Below are positions 1 through 9,676 of a DNA stretch of 19,042 nt, in pieces. Source of the stretch: a bacterium (GTDB lineage Bacteria; Zhuqueibacterota; Zhuqueibacteria; Oceanimicrobiales; Oceanimicrobiaceae). The stretch covers positions 1 to 19,042 of the forward strand of contig JBHIAC010000053.1 of assembly GCA_046758365.1 (NCBI GenBank), given 5' to 3'. Positions within the stretch are counted from its first letter, which is position 1; every line of letters starts with the position of its first letter. The translations under genes and the position numbers were made by a program. Under the pieces are notes generated by a model. The model saw only the letters and a program-made list of their open reading frames with translations. It did no database searches and was not told the origin of the DNA.

Positions 1-330
1 TACGGCCAGATCCAAGAAGGAATTAAGCGGATGTAGAGAAACTACGCTGTTTGCTCAAAAATAAAAGTGACCTAAATCTAAGAAACTCGCAATAACCACG
101 GAATTTCACAGTTTAACATAAAAGACACAAAGGTCACTAAGAATATTGAATTTATGTCACAAAGAATTTGAAAACTTAGTTTTAAACCTCCTGAATGACA
201 AAAAATCGCTCAATTTAGGTTATTATTTTTTGTTTTTCCGGGTTACTCCGTGGTAAAATAGACTTTTTACGAGAATCTCCAATCTGAATTGTTACTATTC
301 TTTGAAGGGAAGAACGTGTTCCAATTATTT

Positions 331-368
331 AATAAAAAAGGACACAGAAGTAATATCTATGTCCTTTT
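331..368 (-). terminator. Rho-independent terminator downstream of the Yip1 gene (possibly bidirectional)
   Basis: Inverted repeat aaaaggacacaga (336-348) / tctatgtcctttt (356-368) with a 7-nt loop. On the minus-strand RNA the single mismatch becomes a G-U pair and the stem is followed by a U-run. It lies about 45 nt after the stop of 414..1004. Confidence 0.8.
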
Positions 369-413
369 ATTTAAAAAACCTTAACTAGCCCACTTAGTGA
401 AAAGCAATTGTAG

Positions 414-1004
414 CTAAAAATAACGTGCAGGTACGGCACCGCCACCCCAGGCCAGTGCGCCAGCAATAACCCAAATAATAACCATAGCAATAAATCCAAC
501 AATTAGGGAAACGACGGTGTAAGCAACGGCTTTTTCTTGTGGTGCTTCCATTAAAATTGGAATGCCAAGATAAAGAATATAGATTCCGTACAAAGCTCCT
601 AACCAGGTCAATATTTGCAAACTTGGAATTATGTAAAATACTCCAGCTATAAAACCAGGTGTTAAAGAATATACTGCCAATTTGAATGCATTCAAATCAT
701 TTTTAACCGCATTAAAAGAGGGAGCTAAGGCATTAATTATTTTACCGATAATAAAAACACTAATTAAGCTCAAAATATAATACAAGGCTGCAAAAATTAA
801 GGTTCGACCTATGTTATATCGACCAACAAGCGGAAGTCCGATTAATGCATATCCTATAAAAAGCGCAACGGCAGGAATGGCAGCAACAATGACTACGTAT
901 TCCTTCATAGTCCCTACTACTGTCATCTCTTCTGTCTTAACAGCATTCAAAGCATCCTTGGGAGACAACAAAATAGATTTTACTCTTTCAATGATTTTTT
1001 CCAT
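414..1004 (-). CDS. Yip1-domain (DUF1282-like) integral membrane protein
   Basis: 196 aa with about 5 hydrophobic segments. Motifs 'RVKSILLSPK', 'AFKLAVYSLTP' and 'LYGIYILYLGIPILM..P.EKA..YT' are typical of bacterial Yip1 proteins. Strong RBS AAGGAGAGG precedes the ATG. Confidence 0.85.
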   Translation of the reverse strand: MEKIIERVKSILLSPKDALNAVKTEEMTVVGTMKEYVVIVAAIPAVALFIGYALIGLPLVGRYNIGRTLIFAALYYILSLISVFIIGKIINALAPSFNAVKNDLNAFKLAVYSLTPGFIAGVFYIIPSLQILTWLGALYGIYILYLGIPILMEAPQEKAVAYTVVSLIVGFIAMVIIWVIAGALAWGGGAVPARYF

Positions 1005-1161
1005 AATCCTCTCCTTTCATATTAATTAATAGTCCTTTAAAATTTATGACGTTGGTGCAAAAATAGGATAATTTCAACTTTTAGCAATCTTAATTTCAAT
1101 ATTTACACCTTAAGATTTTTAGCTTCCTACCTTTTTGCACTTACGTCATTTATTATTTAAA

Positions 1162-4100
1162 TCATCTATCCATCCAAACGTTTTCACGCCCCAAAATATT
1201 ACGCAATTTAAATAGGACTTCTGGTGTGGGATTTACTTTCAGTGTTTTTGATTTAATAACTTGCCTCTTATCATCAGGTATTTTGAGATTGATAAATAAA
1301 TTACTGTTACCGGGATTGTGTTGCAATATCTCTGTCACTTGATTCAATATAGGGTCATCCACACCCATGGAATCCAGGGTAAGATATAAATTTTTACCAT
1401 AGCGTTCCCAAACCTCATTCAGAGGCACTACTTCGTCGCATAGTATTTTTATTTCTTGCTCTTCACGAGTATTTGTACGGCCTGAAACAACAACCATAGA
1501 ATCAGGTTGAATGAAATCACGAGAACTTTCATAGACTTTAGAAAAAACAATGATCTCTGCGGTTCCATAAAAGTCTTCTAAAGTTAAAAAAGCCATTTGA
1601 TTGTTTTTACGATCCACAACAGTTTTACATTCGGTAATTATCCCACAAACTTTAACTGACGAACCATCAGGAAGGGTATCTAAAGCATCTAAGGTTACAT
1701 TTGCAAAGGATTTCACTTCTTTTTCAAATTTGGAAAGCGGATGCCCAGATACATAAAATCCAAGCATCTCTTTTTCCTTGGCAAGAGATTCGGTGCTGCT
1801 CCATTGAGGCACCATAGGAAGGCTTGGATATGATAGTGATGTTTTTTCATCAAGATCGAAAATACTGGTCTGACTCGTAATTTTGTTTGATTGATATGTT
1901 TGTGCTAAACTTATGGCCATTTCCACGGCTTCCAATTTTTGAGCGCGATGACCTTCTAAAGAATCCAAGGCACCGGCCTGGATTAAACTTTCCAATACTT
2001 TTTTGTTAGCCAAGCGGGAATTTACGCGTTCACAAAATTCAAAAATATTTTTAAAAGTTCCACCCTCCTCTCTAGCCTTGACTATGGATTCTATGGCCGT
2101 TTTTCCAACATTTTTTACCGCCCCTAATCCAAAACGAATACCCTTATCCGTCACGACGAAATCAGCGAAGCTCTCGTTGACATCTGGTGGCAGAACTTTA
2201 ATCCCCATACGTCTGCAATCTTCAATTAATATGACTACTCGATTAGTACTCCCCATTTCACTGGAAAGCGTAGCCGCCATAAATTCTGCTGGATAATGTC
2301 GCTTTAAATACGCTGTTTGAAATGCTATGAGAGCATAACAGGTGGAATGCGGTTTTACAAAACCATAACCCGCAAATTTGTCCATCAAATCAAAAATTTC
2401 ATCGGCCAATTCTTTTGAAATTCCATTCTTTGCACAGCCTTCTATAAATAAGGACCGCTGTTCGGCCATCAACTCAGGAATCTTTTTCCCTATAGCGTGA
2501 CGCAATAAATCAGCTTTACCCATGCTAAATCCTGCTAATTCACTTGCAATCCGCATAACCTGTTCTTGATATACGATAATTCCATAAGTTTCTTTAAGAA
2601 TGGCTTCCAAAGAAGGGTGCAGATATTCAATCTTTTTCAAACCATGTTTTTTCTGAATAAAATCGTCGATCCAATCCATCGGGCCAGGGCGATAGAGAGC
2701 GTTCATAGCGATGAGGTCTTCTAAGCACTGAGGCTTGAGTTTTTTTAAACATTCTTTCATGCCAGAGCTCTCAAATTGGAAAATGCCCACCGTATCTCCA
2801 TTAGCAAAAAGTTCATAAGTTTCTGGGTCTTCTAATGGAATTTTATTTATGTCTATTTCTATTCCTTTTACCGCCAGACTTTTGACTGTTTTATCAATCA
2901 CCGTAAGGGTTCTCAGACCCAAAAAATCCATCTTCAGTACACCAATTTCCTCAAGAGCTTTCATATCGTATTGGGTCGTGATATCTCCTTGTGGAGATTT
3001 GTACAGCGGGGTGTAATTAGTCAACTCATCTGGAGTAATCACGACGCCAGCAGCATGGGTGGAGGCATGTCGTGCCAAACCTTCTAAAATTTTTGAATAT
3101 TCAATTAGCTGTTTATGGATTTCATCTTGCTCGACCAGTTTATTTAACTCTGCAACGGTCTCCAAAGCTTTGGACAAGGTCATATTAGGACTTGCTGGAA
3201 TCATTTTAGCGATGCGGTCCACATCGCCGTATCTAATTTTCAAAACGCGCCCCACATCCCGAATAACAGCTCTTGCCGCCATCGTCCCAAAGGTAATAAT
3301 TTGGGAAACATTATTTTCACCATATTTCTTTTTAACATAGTTTATGATTTCTTCCCGTCTTTCATAACAGAAATCAATATCGATGTCCGGCAAAGTCACC
3401 CGTTCTGGGTTTAAAAATCGCTCAAAGATCAGGTCGTATTTTAAAGGATCAATATTTGTGATTCCCAGACAGTATGAAACCAGACTCCCTGCAGCCGAGC
3501 CTCGGCCAGGTCCTACCGGTATGCCCTGACTATGAGCATAGTTAATAAAATCCATAACAATGAGGAAATAACCAGCATAGCCCATTTTGTTAATTATACC
3601 CAGCTCATGTCGCAGTCTATTTTCAATTTCAGTTGTAACAGTTCCGAATCTTGATTTTGCCCCTTCAAAACTCAATTTTTCCAAATACTCTTCTAAGGTA
3701 TGAACGGTTTCATATTGGGGGATGTAGAATTTAGGTAGATAAGTGGTGTCAAAATTTAAAACGACATTGCATTTATCAGTAATCTCAGAAGTCGTCGCTA
3801 TGGCCTCGGAATATTCAGAAAAAACCTTTACCATTTCTTCTTGAGTTTTAAAATAAATTTGATCCGTAGCATATCGTAAGCGGTTAGGATCATCACGATC
3901 CTTTCCTGTTTGAATACAAATCAAAACATCATGGGCTAAACAGTGTTCCTGTCTTAAATAGTGAATATCATTTGTAGCAACTAAAGGAATGCTGAGATCT
4001 TGGCTTAACTGTTTGAGATCATTACGAGCAAGATCTTCTTCGTGAATCCCATGATTTTGAATTTCTAAATAAAAATCACTCCCAAAAATATCTTGGTATT

Positions 4101-4587
4101 CTAAAACGGATTTTTTAGCCGCTTCATACCGTTCTCGAAGCAAAAGAAATGGTACCTCCCCTTTTAAACAAGCAGAGAGAGCAATTAGACCTTCTCGGTA
4201 TTTTTTCAAAACTTCTTTATCGATTCGAGGTCTGTAATAAAAGCCCTCTAAATATCCTATTGATACAAGGCGCATTAAATTACGATATCCCTCGATGTTT
4301 TTTGCTAACAGTACTAAATGATAGGAGGTATCTGTCATCCCTTTTGTGGATTTGCGTTCTTTCCGGCTACCGGGGGCCACATACGCTTCCACTCCAATAA
4401 TGGGCTTAATCCCTGCTTTAAGAGCCTTTTTGTAAAATCCGATGGTTCCAAATAAATTACCGTGATCAGTCAGAGCCAGGGCAGGCATATCGCACTTGAC
4501 GGCAGAAGATACTAGGTCTTCTACTCTGCAAGCTCCATCCAGTAAACTGAAATGGGAGTGATTATGAAGATGGATAAATTGAGGCAT
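1162..4587 (-). CDS. dnaE: DNA polymerase III alpha subunit
   Basis: 1141 aa. PHP domain (HLHNHSHFSLLDG, TDHG, ATNDIHY), GPGRGSAAGS, catalytic PDIDIDF and KMDFLGL, GIFQFES, LYRPGP, C-terminal OB fold. No intein visible. Confidence 0.98.
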   Translation of the reverse strand: MPQFIHLHNHSHFSLLDGACRVEDLVSSAVKCDMPALALTDHGNLFGTIGFYKKALKAGIKPIIGVEAYVAPGSRKERKSTKGMTDTSYHLVLLAKNIEGYRNLMRLVSIGYLEGFYYRPRIDKEVLKKYREGLIALSACLKGEVPFLLLRERYEAAKKSVLEYQDIFGSDFYLEIQNHGIHEEDLARNDLKQLSQDLSIPLVATNDIHYLRQEHCLAHDVLICIQTGKDRDDPNRLRYATDQIYFKTQEEMVKVFSEYSEAIATTSEITDKCNVVLNFDTTYLPKFYIPQYETVHTLEEYLEKLSFEGAKSRFGTVTTEIENRLRHELGIINKMGYAGYFLIVMDFINYAHSQGIPVGPGRGSAAGSLVSYCLGITNIDPLKYDLIFERFLNPERVTLPDIDIDFCYERREEIINYVKKKYGENNVSQIITFGTMAARAVIRDVGRVLKIRYGDVDRIAKMIPASPNMTLSKALETVAELNKLVEQDEIHKQLIEYSKILEGLARHASTHAAGVVITPDELTNYTPLYKSPQGDITTQYDMKALEEIGVLKMDFLGLRTLTVIDKTVKSLAVKGIEIDINKIPLEDPETYELFANGDTVGIFQFESSGMKECLKKLKPQCLEDLIAMNALYRPGPMDWIDDFIQKKHGLKKIEYLHPSLEAILKETYGIIVYQEQVMRIASELAGFSMGKADLLRHAIGKKIPELMAEQRSLFIEGCAKNGISKELADEIFDLMDKFAGYGFVKPHSTCYALIAFQTAYLKRHYPAEFMAATLSSEMGSTNRVVILIEDCRRMGIKVLPPDVNESFADFVVTDKGIRFGLGAVKNVGKTAIESIVKAREEGGTFKNIFEFCERVNSRLANKKVLESLIQAGALDSLEGHRAQKLEAVEMAISLAQTYQSNKITSQTSIFDLDEKTSLSYPSLPMVPQWSSTESLAKEKEMLGFYVSGHPLSKFEKEVKSFANVTLDALDTLPDGSSVKVCGIITECKTVVDRKNNQMAFLTLEDFYGTAEIIVFSKVYESSRDFIQPDSMVVVSGRTNTREEQEIKILCDEVVPLNEVWERYGKNLYLTLDSMGVDDPILNQVTEILQHNPGNSNLFINLKIPDDKRQVIKSKTLKVNPTPEVLFKLRNILGRENVWMDR

Positions 4588-4590
4588 TAT

Positions 4591-5472
4591 TTAAATGTTT
4601 AATTCAAATAATTGACGCTCGGCCTTTGTGATATATTCACTATTTCCATAAAATGCCAAAAGATTCTGCAATTCTAATTGAGCCAAATTTGCATCTCCAT
4701 TTTTTAAATAAGCCATACCTATCATAAATTGAGCATCATCAGCTTTGTTATTATTTTCAAAAGCGAATACTTTCTCAAATTCTGCAATGGCCTGTTCAAA
4801 GTTGCCCTTAGCATAGTAGCATTCACCAATCCAATATTGACAATTGTCAGCAAGTTTATCAGTATCTTCTAAACGAAGAAGTTCCTGAAATTTGGTAATA
4901 GCTTGAGCGTATTGATGATCATAAACATCGTCTAAAGCATCCTGATATAACGTAGCGTATTCTGACATGGAACCATTAGCTCTTCTATATGAATCCGAAA
5001 ATTTTCGCGAAATTGCCAATTGATATTCGGGTTCTTTAACTATTTTCCCTAATGCCCCTAATTGGTAATCTGCTTCTTCAAGTTCCCATTTTAAGCTGTC
5101 GATCATTGCCGATTTTTTATTTGATATTTTTTCCAGTTCTGTTATTTCAACTTCTAAATCTAAAAATAGTTCTTCCGTTAAAAAATCTTCTTCCTCTTTG
5201 CTGCTCAGGCTGGTTCCTTCGGAGTCAATTCCTAACGCTTCCAGAATTTCGCGTTTTTGTTCATCCTCCAATTGGATAGATTCTGCATCTAATGTTGCCA
5301 TTTGCGTCTTCAAGTCTGAACTTTCTTCTACGTAATAATCCTCATCCGTTGTCATCCAATCATCTTCAGTGTTTACGTCAGTGACTCTTCCGCTACACAC
5401 CAAAAACAACCCCCATATCACCAAAATTAGTGATAAAAGTGAGGTTCCTAAAATTTTTCTTAACTGTGACAT
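4591..5472 (-). CDS. Exported/membrane-anchored coiled-coil + TPR protein, CpoB/YbgF-like
   Basis: N-terminal hydrophobic signal with a Cys, acidic coiled-coil region, and C-terminal TPRs 'LADNCQYWIGECYY..GNFEQAIAEFEKV...NKADDAQFMIG' resembling YbgF/CpoB. Start placed at ATG 5472 (AAGGAG 8 nt upstream) rather than the ORF-track start at 5496. Confidence 0.7.
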   Translation of the reverse strand: MSQLRKILGTSLLSLILVIWGLFLVCSGRVTDVNTEDDWMTTDEDYYVEESSDLKTQMATLDAESIQLEDEQKREILEALGIDSEGTSLSSKEEEDFLTEELFLDLEVEITELEKISNKKSAMIDSLKWELEEADYQLGALGKIVKEPEYQLAISRKFSDSYRRANGSMSEYATLYQDALDDVYDHQYAQAITKFQELLRLEDTDKLADNCQYWIGECYYAKGNFEQAIAEFEKVFAFENNNKADDAQFMIGMAYLKNGDANLAQLELQNLLAFYGNSEYITKAERQLFELNI

Positions 5473-5518
5473 GATGCTGCTCCTTAAGTTGTGCACATAA
5501 CACTAAATTTAATTAATA

Positions 5519-6778
5519 TTAATAACTTCCCGCTTCTCTCCAGATCTCAGCTCCCAATTTTTTCAATTTTTCTTCTATGCATTCATATCCTCTATCAATG
5601 TGATATACTCTTAAAACCTCAGTTCTCCTTTCAGCTTTAAGTCCTGCTAATATCATCGAAGCACTTGCGCGTAAATCAGTAGACATCACGGGAGCCCCCC
5701 CGAGACTCTCTACGCCCTTTACAACGGCAACATTTTCGTTACGTTCAATTTGAGCTCCTAAACGTTTTAATTCAGCTACATGAGTAAAGCGATCAAAAAA
5801 TATGGTATCGGTTATAATGCTACTTCCTTCCGCGACACACATCAAAGCCATCCACTGAGCTTGTAAATCTGTAGGAAAACCTGGATAGGGTGCCGTGGTA
5901 AGATTTACAGCTTTTACACGCTGTGGCGCTTTGCAAAAAATTGTAGAATCACCTTCTTCAATATAAATACCAGCATTTCTTAATTTTGCAGTTACACTTG
6001 TTACTAAATTTGGATTCACTCCTGTAAGTGTAACTTCCCCATTAGTAATGGCCGTCGCAATAAGAAAAGTTCCGGTTTCAATCCGATCTGGGATGACTGT
6101 AAAATCGACCTCGTGCAGTTCATTAACCCCATGGATTTTCAACTGACCTGTTCCTATGCCTTCAATCTCAGCACCCATTTGGACTAAAAATTCAGCCAGT
6201 GCAGCAATTTCGGGTTCACGAGCCGCATTGTCAATAATGCTTTTACCTTTAGCTAACACCGCAGCCATCAAAATATTGCCTGTGGCACCAACACTAGAAA
6301 CATCAAAATTAATATGGGCGCCTTTGAGATTATCCGCCTGGGCACAGATATAGCCGTTTTTTAATTCAATTTTTGCGCCTAATTGTTTAAGTCCTTTTAT
6401 ATGTAAATCCACGGGTCTAGGCCCTAGCGCACAGCCCCCTGGCAAAGACACTTTGGCATTAGAAAATCTAGCAAGTAAAGGTCCAAGAACATAGATAGAA
6501 GCACGCATGGTTTTTACTAGTTCATAGGGGGCCTCATAACAATTACAATTGGTGGTATTTATTTTAAGGGTATGATCCACAAATTCAACCTGAGCCCCAA
6601 TAATTCGTAAGAGATGGGCCATGGTTTTAACGTCCCGTAAATCAGGTACATTTCTGATGGTAAACTTCCCTGGAGCCAAAAGAGTGGCTGCCATGATTGG
6701 AAGAACGGCATTCTTAGCTCCACTAATTTTTACAGTACCTTTGAGTTGGCGTCCACCAATTATGACGATTTTGTCCAT
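5519..6778 (-). CDS. murA: UDP-N-acetylglucosamine 1-carboxyvinyltransferase
   Basis: 419 aa. SGAKNAVLP, MRASI, LPGGCALGPRPVDLH (active-site Cys type), AREPE, PDRIE, YPGFPTDLQ, DLRA, HIDRGYE. Start overlaps the recN 3' end by 19 nt. Confidence 0.98.
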   Translation of the reverse strand: MDKIVIIGGRQLKGTVKISGAKNAVLPIMAATLLAPGKFTIRNVPDLRDVKTMAHLLRIIGAQVEFVDHTLKINTTNCNCYEAPYELVKTMRASIYVLGPLLARFSNAKVSLPGGCALGPRPVDLHIKGLKQLGAKIELKNGYICAQADNLKGAHINFDVSSVGATGNILMAAVLAKGKSIIDNAAREPEIAALAEFLVQMGAEIEGIGTGQLKIHGVNELHEVDFTVIPDRIETGTFLIATAITNGEVTLTGVNPNLVTSVTAKLRNAGIYIEEGDSTIFCKAPQRVKAVNLTTAPYPGFPTDLQAQWMALMCVAEGSSIITDTIFFDRFTHVAELKRLGAQIERNENVAVVKGVESLGGAPVMSTDLRASASMILAGLKAERRTEVLRVYHIDRGYECIEEKLKKLGAEIWREAGSY

Positions 6779-8475
6779 GAGTCTTCTAAAAGTTCTCGCG
6801 CACTTTTTAGATGTGTTTCTGAAATCTTTTCTCCCGCCAGCAACATAGCCACGGCTTGAGTCCTCTCTTCAGAAGTGAGTTTTCGAATATGGGTTTCGGT
6901 TCTTCCAGAAACCTCAATTTTCTCAACTGAAAAATGGTGGTCTCCCATACTGGCAATCTGAGGAAGATGGGTTATACAAATTATATGATGAAATTCCGAA
7001 ATTTCTTTTAATTTTCGGCCTACCGCCTGAGCAATTCTCCCGGATATGCCCATGTCAATTTCATCAAAGATTAAAACCGGGATTTGTTCTACCTTGGCTG
7101 CAATTGATTTCAGTGCAAGCATAATTCGAGATATTTCCCCACCAGAGGCTACTTTAGCTAAAGGCTTCAAATCTTCCCCTGGGTTTGATGAAATGTAAAA
7201 TTGTGCAATATCCATGCCATTAGCCGTGGCACGGTAGTTTCTACCTTCCAGATGTATTAAACCATTTGGATCATCTTGATACTCAAAGCTCACTTTGAAA
7301 CGAGATTCCGTCATCCCTAACATCGATAATACGTCAGGCACAACTTTTTCCAATTGTAAGGCTACTTCCTTCCTTTTCTGACTCAATTCAAAACAGACAG
7401 CAAAATATAGTTTTAATAGCGAATCAATTTCTTCTTTTAAAGATTCGATGCGGGTATCTAAATTTTCAATGGAATTTAAATCATTCTGGATCTTGTCCCG
7501 ATAAGCTAACACTTCTTCAATTGTTTGACCGTATTTCTTTTTTAGGCCAGATAATAACGAAAGCCTATTTTGGATTTCCTCCAAGCGATCTGGACTAAAC
7601 TCAATATTTGACTTATAATTTTGAAAAAATTTAGCAAGTTCGTCCACGGTAAAAAGAGCTGATTTACAATCCTTGGTTAAACCTGCAAATCGTTCATCAA
7701 TATTTTGTATTTCATTTAGACCACTATTCACTCGACTTAATTGGTCATAAACTGATTTATCCTCTTCATATAATATTTGGTAAAATTCACTAGTTAGATT
7801 ATAGAGTCGTTCAGCATGTTGAACTATTTTCTCTTCTTTTAATAGATTTTCCTCTTCATCTGACTGAGGATTCACTTTATTGATTTCATTCATTTGAAAA
7901 GTATAGAATTCCCTTTTTTCTTTGAGGGCTTTTTCTTGATTCTCTAAATGATTCAGCTCTTTAAGAAGCTTCTGCAGATTATGAAACGTTTCCGCAGCTC
8001 TTTCTTTTTCCTTTTTTAAATTCCCAAACTCATCAATAAAATTCAAATGGTTCTGAACTTTTAAAAGAGACTGATGTTCATGTTGTCCATGAAGGTCAAC
8101 CAATAGGTCGCCCACCTCTTGTAAGATCGATAATTGAACTGGGGTATCATTTATAAAAGCCCGACTGCGAGCGTTATCATAAATTTCTCGGCGTAAAAAT
8201 AGATGACCATCGCCAGAGTCTAAATCTTTTTGAATGAGATAATTTTTCACATGTGAATTACCATTGATAGAAAACTTTCCTTCAATTACGGCTTTAGAGG
8301 CTCCAGCTCTCAAGGCAGTAGTATCTACGCGTTCACCTAAAATAGTACTAAGCGCTCCAATAATTATTGACTTTCCAGCGCCTGTTTCACCAGTCAATAT
8401 ATTAAGGCCTTTTCCAAATTGAATATCAACATCGACTAATAACGCATAATTTTTTATACTAAGCGATTCTAACAT
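6760..8475 (-). CDS. recN: DNA repair protein RecN (SMC-like ATPase)
   Basis: 571 aa. Walker A TGETGAGKS, DLHGQHEHQ, long coiled coil, signature ASGGEISRIMLA, Walker B LIFDEID, ITHLPQ. Confidence 0.97.
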   Translation of the reverse strand: MLESLSIKNYALLVDVDIQFGKGLNILTGETGAGKSIIIGALSTILGERVDTTALRAGASKAVIEGKFSINGNSHVKNYLIQKDLDSGDGHLFLRREIYDNARSRAFINDTPVQLSILQEVGDLLVDLHGQHEHQSLLKVQNHLNFIDEFGNLKKEKERAAETFHNLQKLLKELNHLENQEKALKEKREFYTFQMNEINKVNPQSDEEENLLKEEKIVQHAERLYNLTSEFYQILYEEDKSVYDQLSRVNSGLNEIQNIDERFAGLTKDCKSALFTVDELAKFFQNYKSNIEFSPDRLEEIQNRLSLLSGLKKKYGQTIEEVLAYRDKIQNDLNSIENLDTRIESLKEEIDSLLKLYFAVCFELSQKRKEVALQLEKVVPDVLSMLGMTESRFKVSFEYQDDPNGLIHLEGRNYRATANGMDIAQFYISSNPGEDLKPLAKVASGGEISRIMLALKSIAAKVEQIPVLIFDEIDMGISGRIAQAVGRKLKEISEFHHIICITHLPQIASMGDHHFSVEKIEVSGRTETHIRKLTSEERTQAVAMLLAGEKISETHLKSARELLEDSWTKSS

Positions 8476-8487
8476 TTAAGACAATCT

Positions 8488-9654
8488 TTAGTTTGAATAT
8501 TGTTTTCGCCTTTTGATATATTCAATCAATTTCTGACCAATATACGTGTTGTCAATAATCCCCTGAAAGGCCTCTGCCCCTGGACCACTTGCAAAAACCG
8601 GTACCATATTCGCTGTGTGGGATCCACTAACAAATGCGACTTCCACTGTGTGCTGTGATTGAGAACCTCGAATAAGAGCCGCTCCGCCTGTTTCATGATC
8701 CGCAGTAACCACAATTAAAGTTTGTGGATTCTCTTGGGCAAATTCAACTCCAACGGCAATCGCATTGTCAAATTCTACTGTTTCCTCAATCATACCTGTA
8801 CCAAAATGACGGTGCCCTTTCCAATCGATCTGACTCCCTTCTACCATCAGAAAAAATCCATCACCATCTTTCTTTAGAATTTCTAATGCCTTTCGGGTCA
8901 TTTCAGGTAAAGTTGGTGATCTTTCTGAAACATCGGGCATGCCTGCGTCACTAAATAAACCAATTACACTTTTAGTATTTTGCAAATCGAGTTGAAATAA
9001 CTCATCTTTTGAGAAAACAACAGCGTAGCCCTTTGATTTAAGGATATCAATTAAATTCAAATCATCTTTTCTAAAAGGTAACCAATTAAAACTTGGTAAA
9101 AAGAATTTTCTGCCGCCTCCCATGATCACTTCAATATTCTTATAAACCATTTGTCTGGCAATTTCAGTTTCATTACTACGTGATTTAACATGGGCTGCAA
9201 AGCTAGCAGGAGTTGCATGGGTTATTGAACTGGTGGCAACCAATCCCGTAGACATGCCTTGTTCTTCAGCCCATTCTAAAACTGTCTTAAGAGTATCCAA
9301 TTGGGTTTGAATATCTTTATTGGAGGCAATACGAGTTGCTATGAATTTATTCTTTGTTTTATAGCCTGTTGCTAAAGCCGTGGCAGCAGCCCCAGAATCT
9401 GTAATTATATTGTCTTCTGCTGGAAAAGTCGTAACAAATCCTGTGTAGGGCAAATTTCCCATAGCTAAACGGCCTTTTACTATTTTGGCCGCCGTAACGC
9501 AACTCAGCCCCATTCCATCACCTATATAAAGAATTATATTGTTAGGCAGAACAGCTTGTCGTTTTTCAGTGTGAATATTCCCCAATAAAATAATAAGTAA
9601 TCCAATGGGTAATAAAAATAACAAAACTTTTTTCATGATAGCAATTAAATTCAA
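8488..9654 (-). CDS. Alkaline phosphatase (PhoA family, short form), exported
   Basis: IGDGMG, TDSGAAAT (Ser nucleophile), THATPA, VEGSQIDWKGH, TADHETG and the final HT metal ligand. Signal-like MKKVLLFLL suggests the true start is the ATG at 9636. Confidence 0.92.
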   Translation of the reverse strand: MNLIAIMKKVLLFLLPIGLLIILLGNIHTEKRQAVLPNNIILYIGDGMGLSCVTAAKIVKGRLAMGNLPYTGFVTTFPAEDNIITDSGAAATALATGYKTKNKFIATRIASNKDIQTQLDTLKTVLEWAEEQGMSTGLVATSSITHATPASFAAHVKSRSNETEIARQMVYKNIEVIMGGGRKFFLPSFNWLPFRKDDLNLIDILKSKGYAVVFSKDELFQLDLQNTKSVIGLFSDAGMPDVSERSPTLPEMTRKALEILKKDGDGFFLMVEGSQIDWKGHRHFGTGMIEETVEFDNAIAVGVEFAQENPQTLIVVTADHETGGAALIRGSQSQHTVEVAFVSGSHTANMVPVFASGPGAEAFQGIIDNTYIGQKLIEYIKRRKQYSN

Positions 9655-9676
9655 AAAATTGTTTAATAAGAAATCC

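Noticed and set aside
1..63. Possible 3' end of a plus-strand gene (e.g. YGQIQEGIKRM* in frame 1)
   Set aside because: Too short to choose a frame or assign a product.
1057..1087. Possible internal promoter for the Yip1 gene (minus strand TTGCTA...TATTTTTG)
   Set aside because: Weak match in very AT-rich DNA, and ambiguous between sigma70 and Bacteroidota-type consensus.
9300..9345. Slightly long loop in alkaline phosphatase (ATRIASNKDIQTQLD)
   Set aside because: It has no CCCGT/ACGGG core or convincing stem, and this loop is naturally variable in PhoA-family enzymes.
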